Source of the DNA: Bryobacterales bacterium
GTDB lineage: Bacteria > Acidobacteriota > Terriglobia > Bryobacterales > UBA6623
Assembly: GCA_965206025.1 (NCBI GenBank)
Contig: CBDBIU010000003.1
Span: 242,982 to 306,981, forward strand
Direction: 5' to 3'
DNA length: 64,000 nucleotides
Shown: positions 9,079 through 19,548 of the stretch, in pieces
Layout of the letters: each line of letters begins with the position of its first letter
Numbering within the stretch: the first letter of the stretch is position 1
Position numbers and translations under genes: made by a program
The notes under the pieces: generated by a model
The model's input: only the letters and a program-made list of their open reading frames with translations
The model's database searches: none
Told to the model about the DNA's origin: nothing

Positions 9079-10410
9079 ATGGGTGAAAAACAAACCAAGC
9101 CATTCCAGCTAAGTTTCAACGGCTTGTTGAAAGTCGATTTCCAGGGATCGCACGTCACTTCTGATGGTGGCCTGATTTTGGTTCGCGAACTGGACGAACG
9201 GCTCGGTCTCGGAGAACTGATTGACGAGCATCTCAGCGACTCCCGGCAAGGCACAAACAAGCAGTTCACGCTCGCTGATCTGTTGCGGCAGTCGGTCTAC
9301 AGCCGCTTGGCGGGCTACGAGGACCTCAACGACGCCGAGCGGGTTTCGATCGATCCGACGTTTCGGCTGATCGGTTCGCAGAAGATCTGGGATCGCGGTG
9401 CGGCCTTGACCTCGACGCTGCACGGCTTCGAGACGGAGATGCTGGCGAGCGAAGAGAACCTGCTGGGGCTGATGGCGCTGAACCGAGAGCTGGTCGGGCA
9501 AGCGGAGGCGTTCGACGACTCCGAGCGGGTCGTTCTGGACATGGACTCCACCGAGAGTCCGGTCCATGGCCAACAGGAAGGCAGTGCCTACAACGGACAC
9601 TTCGAGTCGGTCTGCTACCATCCGTTGCTTTTGTTCAACGGTCATGGTGATTGCCTCGCTGCAAAGCTGCGTCCAGGCAACGTGCACAGCGCCGACGACT
9701 GGGATGAGCTATTGTTGCCGGAGATCGAGCGCCAACAGGCTGCGGGCAAGCAGGTCGCCTTCCGGGGCGATGCGGCCTTTGCCAAGCCGGAGGTTTATGA
9801 GGCTTCGGAGGAACGCGGAGTACAGTACGCCATTCGCATTCCGGCCAACAAGAGCCTGGAGTTGGAGATCGAGGACATCCTGTTTCGGCCACCGGGCAGG
9901 CCGAGCGCCAAGCCCCTGGTGCGCTACAAGAGCTTCCGCTATCAGGCCGCCAGTTGGAGCAAACCGCGGCGCATCGTAGCGAAGGTTGAGCACCACCCGG
10001 GCGAACTGTTCGCGCAACCCGGCTTCATCGTCACCAACATGACCCGGCCCAGTCGCTCGGTGGTGCGCTTTTACAACAAGCGCGGCACGGCCGAGCAGTG
10101 GATCAAGGAAGGCAAGCAGGCCACGAATTGGACACGGTTGTCGTGCCATCGTTTTCGCGCGAACGAAGTTCGCTTGCAACTCAGCGTCCTGGCTTACAAC
10201 CTCGGCAACCTGTGGCGGCGGCTGGGACTGCCACCAAGCATCAAGAGCTGGTCGCTGACGAGCTTGCAGCAGCGGCTGATGAAGACCGGCGGGCGGCTGG
10301 TCAAGCATGCCCGCTACTACTGGTTGCTGCTGGCCGAGGGGCATCTGAACCGGCGGCTGTTCGGTGACATGCTGCACAGGATCTGGGCGCTGCCGCTGCC
10401 GAGCGGGTAG
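9079..10410 (+). CDS. IS1380-family transposase
   Basis: TSDGG, GYEDLND, LDMDST, RGDAAF and YNKRGTAEQWIKEGK motifs. Confidence 0.93.
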   Translation: MGEKQTKPFQLSFNGLLKVDFQGSHVTSDGGLILVRELDERLGLGELIDEHLSDSRQGTNKQFTLADLLRQSVYSRLAGYEDLNDAERVSIDPTFRLIGSQKIWDRGAALTSTLHGFETEMLASEENLLGLMALNRELVGQAEAFDDSERVVLDMDSTESPVHGQQEGSAYNGHFESVCYHPLLLFNGHGDCLAAKLRPGNVHSADDWDELLLPEIERQQAAGKQVAFRGDAAFAKPEVYEASEERGVQYAIRIPANKSLELEIEDILFRPPGRPSAKPLVRYKSFRYQAASWSKPRRIVAKVEHHPGELFAQPGFIVTNMTRPSRSVVRFYNKRGTAEQWIKEGKQATNWTRLSCHRFRANEVRLQLSVLAYNLGNLWRRLGLPPSIKSWSLTSLQQRLMKTGGRLVKHARYYWLLLAEGHLNRRLFGDMLHRIWALPLPSG

Positions 10411-10585
10411 CGTTGACCGGGCTAGGATCAACAGTTTTCGGCTCCAAAAAGGTTTGGCAGGGAGCAGTGTCGGCCGCAGCGCCGTTCAGGCCGCGCAATC
10501 AACGTCTGTGAGCGGACGGACGAGCCCTGGCGCCTACCGGCGGAGGGGATGTGCAGGGTTCAGCGCGAAAAGACGTGGCATTCGG

Positions 10586-11342
10586 GCCGCGATGTACGTA
10601 TATCCCATGTGTTTGCGGATCACCGCGCCGTTTTTCGATTCCACCAAGCCGTTGTCGTTGGAGTGCCGCGGACGCGACTTGGTCTGTTCGATCAGCAGCT
10701 TGTTCAATAGCTTCTCCACCGTGCGATTGAGGAACTCGCTGCCGTTGTCGGAATGGAAGCCGCGGATACGAAAGGGAAACTGCTCGATCATGGCTTTCAG
10801 CAACGGCTCCAGCCAAGCTTCACTGATCGCGGGCGTGGCGCCGACCACTTGCCACTGGGTGACTTCATCCACGGCATTGATGTGGTAGACGCCCTTGACG
10901 CCATCGCGATCCCCTTGATGCACCGTATCCACTCGCAGAAAGCCGGGTTGGCCTTGCGGGTCGGGCCGGCGCCGCTCGCCGATCGACACCGCCGTGGGCC
11001 GGGTCTTGGTGAAATGCAGCCGCCGCTGGCGGTAGGCTCTGCGCCGCCGCAGGCGATAGATCTGGGCCACCGAGATCCCCGCCAGCCGCTCGTATTCGCG
11101 CTGCTGGTACTGCTGGTATTCCCGCTCGAGGATCTTGCGCGTGGCCGGGCCGCTGAGGGTTTCGTGGGCCTCGTCCACCGCCGCCAGCAGTTCGACGTCG
11201 GCGGGCGTGTACTTGCGGGCAAAGCGATGCCGCCGGTAGCGGGCGGGTTGGAGTTCTCCGCCCTGCCGGTACTGCTGGATCAGCCGCGTGATTTGCGCCC
11301 GGCTCAGTCCGGTCATCTTGACCAGATACTGCCGCAGCAGCC
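10586..11342 (-). mobile_element. Internal 757-bp fragment of the ISNCY-like transposase gene, no element ends
   Basis: Near-identical reverse complement of 22999-23755; GCC at both junctions. Confidence 0.9.
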
Positions 11343-11545
11343 GGCGCGGATGTATACTGTGGCCGTGCCCAAGGCCAAAACGGAAATCCTGGCTAGAGGG
11401 TCGTCGCTCAGATCATACAACTCAAAGACCGGCTCCGCATTACCCAAGTATCTATTCTCAATCAGCTTCCACCGGTCTTCAATGACAGCATACATTTCCA
11501 GGTCATCGTAGTTTCCTACTGAGTTGCTGTTCGGGAATGTAAACC

Positions 11546-12001
11546 GGCTCTTCCGGGTTTTTAGTGGGTGGCCAACGGGTAGCCGGCTCCTCCATCCTGC
11601 CGACCCGACGTCGCCCGCAGTCACATCGGAGCCCAAAAGGCGGCCAAGAAATCCCCAAATACCCTACACGCCAGTCCGGTCGTGGGCAACTCGTAAAGGG
11701 AATAAGACACTGATAAACAGGGAGTTATCTCTTTGAGTGTGGCCACTGGATGACAGTTGTGGATCCGCATTTCACAGCCTTCGGGAGACTGTACGACTAC
11801 CTGCCAGCAGCCTTGCTCTACTCGTAACCCTTTGTTTATCAGTAATTCTTTTTGGCCAACGCAGTCGCCGCCCGGCCTTGGGGGCCGTAGAGTTGTCACG
11901 AAGCCCTTGAATGGCACCGAAGCAGGCTCCGGGAGGTCGGCCTCACAGTGGCGAGGGATCCGTCACTCACCGCCGCCAGCCACTAAAATCCCAGAAGAGC
12001 C
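11546..12001 (-). mobile_element. 456-bp ISL3-type MITE, copy 1
   Basis: GGCTCTTC terminal inverted repeats; 8-bp TSD TGTAAACC. Confidence 0.93.
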
Positions 12002-12567
12002 TGTAAACCTTGAAAGAAAGATCCTTCTCGGGAGGGCTTCCATGTGGCTCGGCGCCAAAACGTCTGTGCCCTGAAGCTTTGGCCAGTCAACTGAAATCGA
12101 AACGTGCCCCAATATCATCGGCGCAATATCTACCGCGTGGACTGGATCTGTCACCACAGCGGGACGGAGATCCCCGTGGTCCACCATGATCAAGGGTATT
12201 CTGACCTCTTCCTCATACACGGAGATACCATGTCCAAACCGGCCCCTCTGATTCAACGCTTCACCGTGGTCAGAAGTCACCACGAATAGGGTCTGGTCGG
12301 CGCGGTCTAGCTCGATCAGCTTGTCATAGATCCTCTTAAGCTGGCTGTCGTTGAAGTGCACTTCCGCGTCATATAGGACATCTGGATTTCTTTCCTTGCC
12401 AAGATGCGGGGGTACAACCGGAGGGGAAAGTGGTCTGTGCGGATCGATAGAGTGGATGTAAAGAAAAAACTGGTCATCCGAATGCTCTTCAAGCCACGGT
12501 AGCACCTTTCGATTCAGATCATCAGAGTGTGTCTTGTTCTGCTTAGGCTCGGTATTTGAGACTTCAA

Positions 12568-14231
12568 CCAGGATTTCCATTTTGGCCCTGGCACGGTGAA
12601 AGTATACACCCGCGCTGCCCCGCATACCACGTCTTTTCGCGCTGAACCCTGCACATGACCTCCACCGGTAGGCGCCAGGGCTCGTCCATCCGCTCACAGA
12701 CGTTGATTGAGCGGACTGAACGGCGCTCCGGCCGACACTGCTCCTTGCGAAACCTTTTGGAGCCGAAAACTGTTGATCCTCGCCCGGTCAACGCTACCCG
12801 CTTGGCAGCGGCAGCGCCCAGATCCTGTGCAGCATGTCGCCGAACAGCCTGCGGTTCAAATGTCCTTCGGCCAGCAGCAGCCAGTAATACCGCGCGTGCT
12901 TGACCAGCCGACCGCCGGTCTTCATCAACCTGTGTTGCAAGCTCGTCAGCGACCAGCTCTTGATCCTTGGTGGCAGTCCCAGCCGCCGCCACAGGTTGCC
13001 CAGGTTGTAGGCCAGCACACTCAACTGCAAGCGCACTTCGTTCGCCCGGAAGCGATGGCACGACAGCCTGGTCCAATGCGTCGCCTGCTTGCCTTCTTTA
13101 ATCCACTGCTCGGCCGTCCCGCGCTTGTTGTAGAAGCGCACCACGGAGCGGCTCGGCAGAGTCAGGTTGGTGACGATGAAGTTGTCCCGTGGAAACAGCT
13201 CCCCAGCGTGATGCTCCACCTTGGCCACGACCCTTCGGGCCTTGCTCCAGCTCGCTGCCCGGTAGAGAAAGCTCCTGTAGCGCACCAAAGGCTTCCGAGT
13301 GGGTCTTCCCACCGGCCGCACCAACAGCTCGGCAACTTCACGCCGCAGGTTCTCGTTCGCCGGAAGGCGGATGGCATACTTCACGCCACGCTCCTCCGAA
13401 GCCTCGTAAATCTCTGGCTTGGCAAAGGCTGCATCCCCCCGGAAGGCAACCTCTTTGCCATGGTTCTGCTGACGTTCGATCTCGGGCAGGAGCAGTTCAT
13501 CCCAGTCCTCAGCGCTGTGCACATTGCCCGGACGGAGCTTGGCCGCCAGACAGTCGCCGTGACTGTTGAACAGCAACAGCGGGTGGTAGCAGACGGACTC
13601 GAAATGGCCGTTGTAGGCGCTGCCTTCCTGTTGGCCGTGGACGGGGCTTTCCGTCGAGTCCATGTCCAGAACAACCCGCTCGGAGTTGTCTTGGGTCTCG
13701 GCTTGGGCGAGCAGCTCCCGGTTCAACGCCATCAACCCCAGCAGGTTCTCTTCGCTCGCCAGCATCTCCGTCTCGAAGCTGTGGAGCGTCGAGGTCAAGG
13801 CCGCACCGCGATCCCAGATTTTCTGCGAACCGATCAGCCGAAACGTCGGATCGATCGAAACCCGCGCGGCGTCGTTGAGGTCCTCGTAGCCCGCCAAGCG
13901 GCTGTAGACCGACTGCCGCAACAGATCAGCGAGCGTGAACTGCTTGTTTGTGCCTTGCCGGGAGTCGCTGACATGCTCGTCAATCAGTTCTCCGAACCCG
14001 AGCCGTTCGTCCAGTTCGCGAACCAAAATCAAGCCACCGTCGGAAGTGACGTGCGATCCTTGGAAATCGACTTTGAGAAGTCCATTGAAAGTTAGCTGGA
14101 ACGGCTTTGTTTCTTTTTCACCCATTGGGTGTTGGCCTCCCTGGCGTCCTCATCGGGCTCTAGCCCCTATGAATAAAGACGCTGAACGCCACCGCAAAGT
14201 CGGAATGTCAAACTCAAATCGAAAATCGGGG
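12568..14231 (-). mobile_element. IS1380-family element, copy B
   Basis: Ends CCAGGATTTCCATTTT / AAATCGAAAATCGGGG around an intact transposase. Confidence 0.88.
12794..14125 (-). CDS. IS1380-family transposase
   Basis: 443 aa, close paralog of 9079-10410. Confidence 0.93.
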   Translation of the reverse strand: MGEKETKPFQLTFNGLLKVDFQGSHVTSDGGLILVRELDERLGFGELIDEHVSDSRQGTNKQFTLADLLRQSVYSRLAGYEDLNDAARVSIDPTFRLIGSQKIWDRGAALTSTLHSFETEMLASEENLLGLMALNRELLAQAETQDNSERVVLDMDSTESPVHGQQEGSAYNGHFESVCYHPLLLFNSHGDCLAAKLRPGNVHSAEDWDELLLPEIERQQNHGKEVAFRGDAAFAKPEIYEASEERGVKYAIRLPANENLRREVAELLVRPVGRPTRKPLVRYRSFLYRAASWSKARRVVAKVEHHAGELFPRDNFIVTNLTLPSRSVVRFYNKRGTAEQWIKEGKQATHWTRLSCHRFRANEVRLQLSVLAYNLGNLWRRLGLPPRIKSWSLTSLQHRLMKTGGRLVKHARYYWLLLAEGHLNRRLFGDMLHRIWALPLPSG

Positions 14232-14611
14232 TAAAAACGCATTGGGACCGAATGTGTAGTCAAAACCCTGATCAAGATTGGACAGGGTTCCACTCAAAGG
14301 ATTCGCTGAGAATTGCGCCGTCACATAGCCGTGAGACCGCAGCTCGTCTTGAAGCGTCGGCACACTGTCGGGGAGGACGTCCAAGTGGCTATATCGGCCC
14401 ACTCCGTGCGTTTGTGGATACAGGGACGTGAACAGGCTACCTATCGCTGGTTTCGTCCAAGAAGCCGCCGCATAGCAGTTTCGAAATACAATGCCCTGCT
14501 CCGCTAGTCTGTCAAGAAATGGTGACGTTCCCCTGGTGTAGCCGTAAGCACCAAGACGGTCCGGGCGGAGAGCGTCAATTACATACAAAACTATGTGGCT
14601 CTTCCGGGTTT

Positions 14612-15910
14612 GGTCCTTCCGGGTTTCTAGTGGGCGAGTGTGGCTCGGTGGTAGTCTCGCGGGATGCAAGACCGCGAGCTATACCGCCAGATTCTGGGCA
14701 TCGAAAGTCCCTGGAAAGTCGCGCGAGTGGAGCTGCGCCGAGCCGACGGCGAAGTCCACATCTTCCTCGAACACGACGAGCAAGTCCGCTGGCCGTGCCG
14801 CCAATGCAGCGCCGTGTGCGCACTCCACGATCATCAGCCCGAACGCCGCTGGCGTCACCTCGACACCTGTCAGTACCGCACGATCCTGCACGCCCGGCCG
14901 CCGCGCAGCGACTGCTCCGAGCACGGGCCGCGCGTCGTGCGACTGCCCTGGGCCGAGGCTTCCAGCCGCTTCACCGCGCTGTTTGAAGCTCTCGCGATCT
15001 CGTGGCTGAAGGAAGCCAGCCAGCAAGGCATCGCCGAGTTGCTGGCGCTGAGCTGGGACGAGATTCACGGCATCCTGGAACGCGCCGTGCAACGTGGGCT
15101 CGAACGTCGCGCGGCAGAGCCGATTCCCTACCTGGGCGTCGACGAGAAGAGCTTCCGCAAGCGCCATCGCTATCTCACCGTCGTCAACGATCTCAACCGC
15201 TCGCGCGTGTTGTTCGTCGCCGAGGGACGCCGCCAGGCCAGCCTGGACGGCTTTTGGAAGACGTTGAGCGCAGAGCAACTCGCCCGAGTCGAGGCCGTCG
15301 CGATGGACATGTGGGATCCTTACGTCGCCTCGACCCGGGAGCATCTCGACGAATCGGAGAAAAAGATCGTTTACGACAAATATCACATCGCGGCGCATCT
15401 GGCGAAGGCGGTGGACCAAGTGCGGCGGGCGGAGAACAAGCGTTTACTGGCCCTCGGCGACGAACGTTTGACAGGCACGAAGTACGCTTGGCTGCGGCAT
15501 CCGGCGAACTTTTCCGAGGACGCCTGGCGCGAGTTCCGCGCGCTGCGCGAAAGCGACTTGAAAACGGCGCGGGCGTGGGCGTTGAAGGAAACGGCGATGC
15601 GGCTGTTCGACTATCGTCGCGAATCGGCGGCGCGAGCTTTCTTCGAGCAATGGCGCGGCTGGGCGAGTCGCAGCCGGCTGACGCCGATGGTCACCGTAGC
15701 GCGGATGTTGACGGCTCGCCTCGAAAACATACTCACGTATCTGAAACACCGCATTACGAACGCGGTCAGCGAGGGGTTGAACTCAAGGATTCAATGGGTC
15801 AAGGCCACGGCGCGCGGTTTCCGCAATCAACAGAACTTCATCAACGCCATCTACTTCCACTGTGGGAAACTCGATCTGGCTCCTTCGCCCACTTAAAACC
15901 CGGAAGAGCC
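14612..15910 (+). mobile_element. ISL3-family insertion sequence
   Basis: IRs GGTCCTTCCGGGTTTCTAGTGGGCG / CGCCCACTTAAAACCCGGAAGAGCC; 8-bp TSD CCGGGTTT. Confidence 0.93.
14664..15896 (+). CDS. ISL3-family transposase
   Basis: Zn-finger CxxC...WRHLD; GVDEKSF, MDMW, DKYH and TNAVSEGLNSRI motifs. Confidence 0.95.
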   Translation: MQDRELYRQILGIESPWKVARVELRRADGEVHIFLEHDEQVRWPCRQCSAVCALHDHQPERRWRHLDTCQYRTILHARPPRSDCSEHGPRVVRLPWAEASSRFTALFEALAISWLKEASQQGIAELLALSWDEIHGILERAVQRGLERRAAEPIPYLGVDEKSFRKRHRYLTVVNDLNRSRVLFVAEGRRQASLDGFWKTLSAEQLARVEAVAMDMWDPYVASTREHLDESEKKIVYDKYHIAAHLAKAVDQVRRAENKRLLALGDERLTGTKYAWLRHPANFSEDAWREFRALRESDLKTARAWALKETAMRLFDYRRESAARAFFEQWRGWASRSRLTPMVTVARMLTARLENILTYLKHRITNAVSEGLNSRIQWVKATARGFRNQQNFINAIYFHCGKLDLAPSPT

Positions 15911-17462
15911 CCGGGTTTTTAGTGGGTGGCCAACGGGTAGCCGGCTCCTCCATCCTGCCGACCCGACGTCGCCCGCAGTCACATCGGAGCCCAAAAGGCG
16001 GCCAAGAAATCCCCAAATACCCTACACGCCAGTCCGGTCGTGGGCAACTCGTAAAGGGAATAAGACACTGATAAACAGGGAGTTATCTCTTTGAGTGTGG
16101 CCACTGGATGACAGTTGTGGATCTGCATTTCACAGCCTTCGGGAGACTGTACGACTACCTGCCAGCAGCCTTGCTCTACTCGTAACCCTTTGTTTATCAG
16201 TAATTCTTTTTGGCCAACGCAGTCGCCGCCCGGCCTTGGGGGCCGTAGAGTTGTCACGAAGCCCTTGAATGGCACCGAAGCAGGCTCCGGGAGGTCGGCC
16301 TCACAGTGGCGAGGGATCCGTCACTCACCGCCGCCAGCCACTAAAATCCTAAAATCCCAGAAGAGCCAACTATGTTAGGGCGAGCGATCCTCTGGTAATT
16401 GAGGATCATTGGGTTTGACCAAAAGGCAACGTTACCGATTACGTCGCTTTCCGCTCGCAGCGCGATCTCTCTCACCCCAGAAGGAAGCCGAACACGAAAA
16501 TCATGCCACCGCCCGTCACCTCTAAGTTCTTCATCAAATAGGGTTGTCCGTGCGTTTGGATGACTAGCTCTGACAGAGTATTGGACTGTGGAACCTGCGA
16601 CGAGATTGTGGACACCGAACAGCAGCTCGCCTCCATCTGCTTTACCTAGCTGGTAGGTGATTTCACCGGGTGTTCGCACAAACAGGGTGTCACGGACTTC
16701 TCCCCGGACAACATGGCGGTACTTGCCAAAGGGCTGTACGGCGAAACGTCCGATTTTGCTCAGGACCCTAACCTTGTCCAGCCGTGGTACAGGATGTACG
16801 GTGCGAGGAAAGCGTATGAACAAAAAACGAAGCGGCTTTTCGTCCTCCGTCGTCCCAGAAACTTGGATGTCCGAGATGCTATCACCATTAACGAGGAATT
16901 GTGCAGAATGTAGCTTACCGTAGTTTCGTAACTGGAGCCAGTTACGAAGAAAATCGGACCGAGGGGGAGTATCCACTTCACTCCAATGAAGTGTAAAGCT
17001 ATCTAGGCCAACTGCAGAGGAAACTTCAATGGTAATGGAGTCCACTTCCGTTACACTGTCGAAATGGAGACGGGGACTCACATAGGTAATAACGTCACCC
17101 TCTATTTGTGTCGTCCACTGTTCTTTTATTTCCACGGAGGCCCACGCGTGGCGGGTTTGTCTCTTCGTGCTAGTCGCGAGTGTGGTATCAGGAACGGCAA
17201 AGTGGAGTCGGCTGGGTTGGTCGAGGAATCTCTCCAGAGCATGGGTGACTCCGGGGAGTTTTGTTTCACTGGCGCGAAAGATCATCCAGTAAGTGAAACC
17301 AACCAGAACGAGGCCAGTCGCAAAAAGAAGGGTCCGCTTAGCCACTTAGTTCCCTCTTGTAGACCGACTGTCGGGGGTAGAGTCCAGAGACGGGCGAAAA
17401 GGGGAGCGCCACTATCGTTTTCGACGAGACCCTAAGCCAAACGGGCCGGAAAGGGTCATTTT

Positions 17463-18812
17463 TCAAAATGCGGTATGACGGGGAATGGTTTCCGTGCCCC
17501 TGCGATAAGCCGGCGGTTTCGGGTCGAGCCAGTCGACGACAGCCTCCTTCACGGCAAAAGCGAAGAAGTGATTACCCAGTGGATTGTAGTGTCCAATGTA
17601 GTGTCGTCCTACGTACGCCCTGGAACTGAGTCGAAACGCTCTGAAGTCTTCCACATGCTTCTGCAGGGTGTCGACAAATCGGATATTGTTGTCCCGCAAA
17701 AACCTGACGAACTCCCCGTCCTCTCGAGAGAAACCCTCACACGCGCGCCTCACCGCGCCGCTATCGTAACTCAGGAAAACCATCAGTTTCTTGCCGTTCT
17801 CTCGCGCGAAGGCCTGGGTCTTCTCAACGATGTGCATGCTCGCCTTCAGCGCGTACTTGACATGCACAGAACGGGCCGTGCGAGAAATCCCCTCCGGCGT
17901 ACTGAAATCAGCTTGAACGCGAAGTTGCCCCGCCAACGTTTCAAGCAGCTGGCGGTCAACTACGGTCCCAGAGCGTTCCGCAACTATGAGTTTGACGACC
18001 GGATCATGCCGGAAGCGTTCCACGACATGGTCCTCGTCGGTCAGCTGGTTCAACGACTCCACCGTGGGGTAGGGGTTTTCGTGCTCCACCGCCTGGCCGC
18101 TGTCCAGGTCTGGGCGGATATGGACCCAAGGGTTGCCAGAAAACTGATAGAGATATCCCAGGTGCACCCGCCACCATTTGCCAACGCGAAGCCATCTCCA
18201 GGCGCTGATGCTGCGAAGATGATCATCGATGCCCCAGATGTTCAGGATCAAGTATTCAGCTTTTGACGGCGTGGCCTCTTCTCGCAGCAGTCGCCGATAG
18301 GCCTGGTAGACTCCATAGCCGCCGACCCCGAAGTTTCGGATCGGCTCGCCCAGGTGGGCCGCCAGATATTCCTCCCAGGTCTCGCCGTCACTGACCTGAT
18401 TGCCCTGGGTGAAGCTGTCGCCATAGGCATTGATCCTGCAGGGCCGATCGGCGTAGCTGATCATCTTGCGCTCGCCGGTTTCAGAAAAACGGGAGGTCGT
18501 CCGGCAGCCGTCGACACCATCTTGGCTCACAAAGTCTCGCATCGTATAGCCGAGCTCGGGGTCGAACCTCACGACGTTCGTCTGATTGGAATCTAAGAAC
18601 GCGGCGACTTCTTCCCGTGTATAGGTCAGCTCGCGAAGAAAGGCTTCGACAGACTGGGAGTTACGGGACTGCTGGCCCGGCGAGGCGGATGAACGCTGCT
18701 GGGAGAAGGCCCGCTTCGTCGGCCGCACGGCCAAAGGAAAGAGGGGCGAAGCCCACAGGAAACTTCTACGAAGCATGGTTTGGGGGGGGAATATCTGGTG
18801 CTCGCCTTTCAC
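17463..18812 (-). CDS. SGNH/GDSL hydrolase-like protein, possible Tat substrate (alternative start 18776)
   Basis: GDSFT block I, NFGVGGYG block II, GHYNPLGN block V; RRSFL motif. Confidence 0.75.
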   Translation of the reverse strand: MKGEHQIFPPQTMLRRSFLWASPLFPLAVRPTKRAFSQQRSSASPGQQSRNSQSVEAFLRELTYTREEVAAFLDSNQTNVVRFDPELGYTMRDFVSQDGVDGCRTTSRFSETGERKMISYADRPCRINAYGDSFTQGNQVSDGETWEEYLAAHLGEPIRNFGVGGYGVYQAYRRLLREEATPSKAEYLILNIWGIDDHLRSISAWRWLRVGKWWRVHLGYLYQFSGNPWVHIRPDLDSGQAVEHENPYPTVESLNQLTDEDHVVERFRHDPVVKLIVAERSGTVVDRQLLETLAGQLRVQADFSTPEGISRTARSVHVKYALKASMHIVEKTQAFARENGKKLMVFLSYDSGAVRRACEGFSREDGEFVRFLRDNNIRFVDTLQKHVEDFRAFRLSSRAYVGRHYIGHYNPLGNHFFAFAVKEAVVDWLDPKPPAYRRGTETIPRHTAF

Positions 18813-18904
18813 GTTTCTCCTCCGGGAGGCGCTCCTGCCGTTTCTCTAATTGGCGTGGCGCCGAGCGCCACATCGCGGCCTACAATCTACGAGGGAGGTG
18901 TAAG

Positions 18905-19548
18905 CCAGGATTTCCTTTTTGGCCGTCCTGGCACGGATAGGGTAGCCGATCCGCAGCCGCCATGCAACGGTTTTCGCACTGATGCCCCTTTCGGTACTCC
19001 TCTCGATGCCGCTCTAGCCCTCGAATGCTGGCGATCGTACCGTTCCGGTGACCGCAGAGGGCTTTTGGGCAACACCTCTCCCGCGGCCGCCTGCTGCAAC
19101 TCGCCTACGCTGACTGTTCCGGGCCGTCTGTTACCCTCCCGGCACAGGTAACGCCCAAATCCGTCGCAGCATCTCGCCAAACAGCTTCCGGTTGAGATGA
19201 CCCTCGGCCAGCAGGAGCCAGTAGTAGCGAGCATGCTTGACCAATCGTCCGCCGGTCTTCATCAGCCGCTGCTGCAAGCTCGTCAGCGACCAACTCTTGA
19301 TCCTGTTCGGCAGCCCCAGCCGCCGCCAGAGATTGCCGAGGTTGTAGGCCAACACGCTCAGGTGTAGCCGTACCTCGTTGGCGCGGAAACGGTGACACGA
19401 CAGTCGGGTCCAACTCGTTGCCTGTTTGCCTTCCTTGATCCACTGCTCCGCGGTGCCGCGCTTGTTGTAGAAACGCACCACCGACCGGCTCCGCAGGGTA
19501 ATGTTCGTGACGATGAATCCGACGCGCGGGAACAACTCGCCGGGGTGC
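18905..19548 (-). pseudogene. IS1380 remnant (transposase C-terminus and right end)
   Basis: HPGELFPRVGFIVTN...WALPVPGG; end CCAGGATTTCC at 18905. Confidence 0.85.

Larger units (their letters stand above)
8972..11392 (+). mobile_element. IS1380-family element, copy A, carrying an inserted ISNCY fragment in its 3' non-coding part
   Basis: Ends CCCGCATTTTCAATTT / AAAACGGAAATCCTGG; flanks CTACA and CTAGA. Confidence 0.88.
14597..16367 (-). mobile_element. ISL3-type MITE copy 2, interrupted by an autonomous ISL3
   Basis: TSD AACTATGT at 14589-14596 and 16368-16375; MITE pieces 14597-14611 and 15911-16367. Confidence 0.92.
8764..17345 (-). pseudogene. Sulfatase-like hydrolase/transferase (~747 aa reconstructed) split into five segments
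   Basis: Segments 17345-16368, 14588-14232, 12567-12002, 11537-11393 and 8966-8764 join as RPNIV|LYVIDALRPD...NAF|EVSNT...SRFT|FPNS...ELYDLSDDPL|EQHDL...QLRSLGYIH*. Confidence 0.9.

Noticed and set aside
11621..11917. 98-aa ORF MPFKGFV... repeated in each MITE copy
   Set aside because: No recognisable domain or RBS; identity across copies only reflects recent transposition
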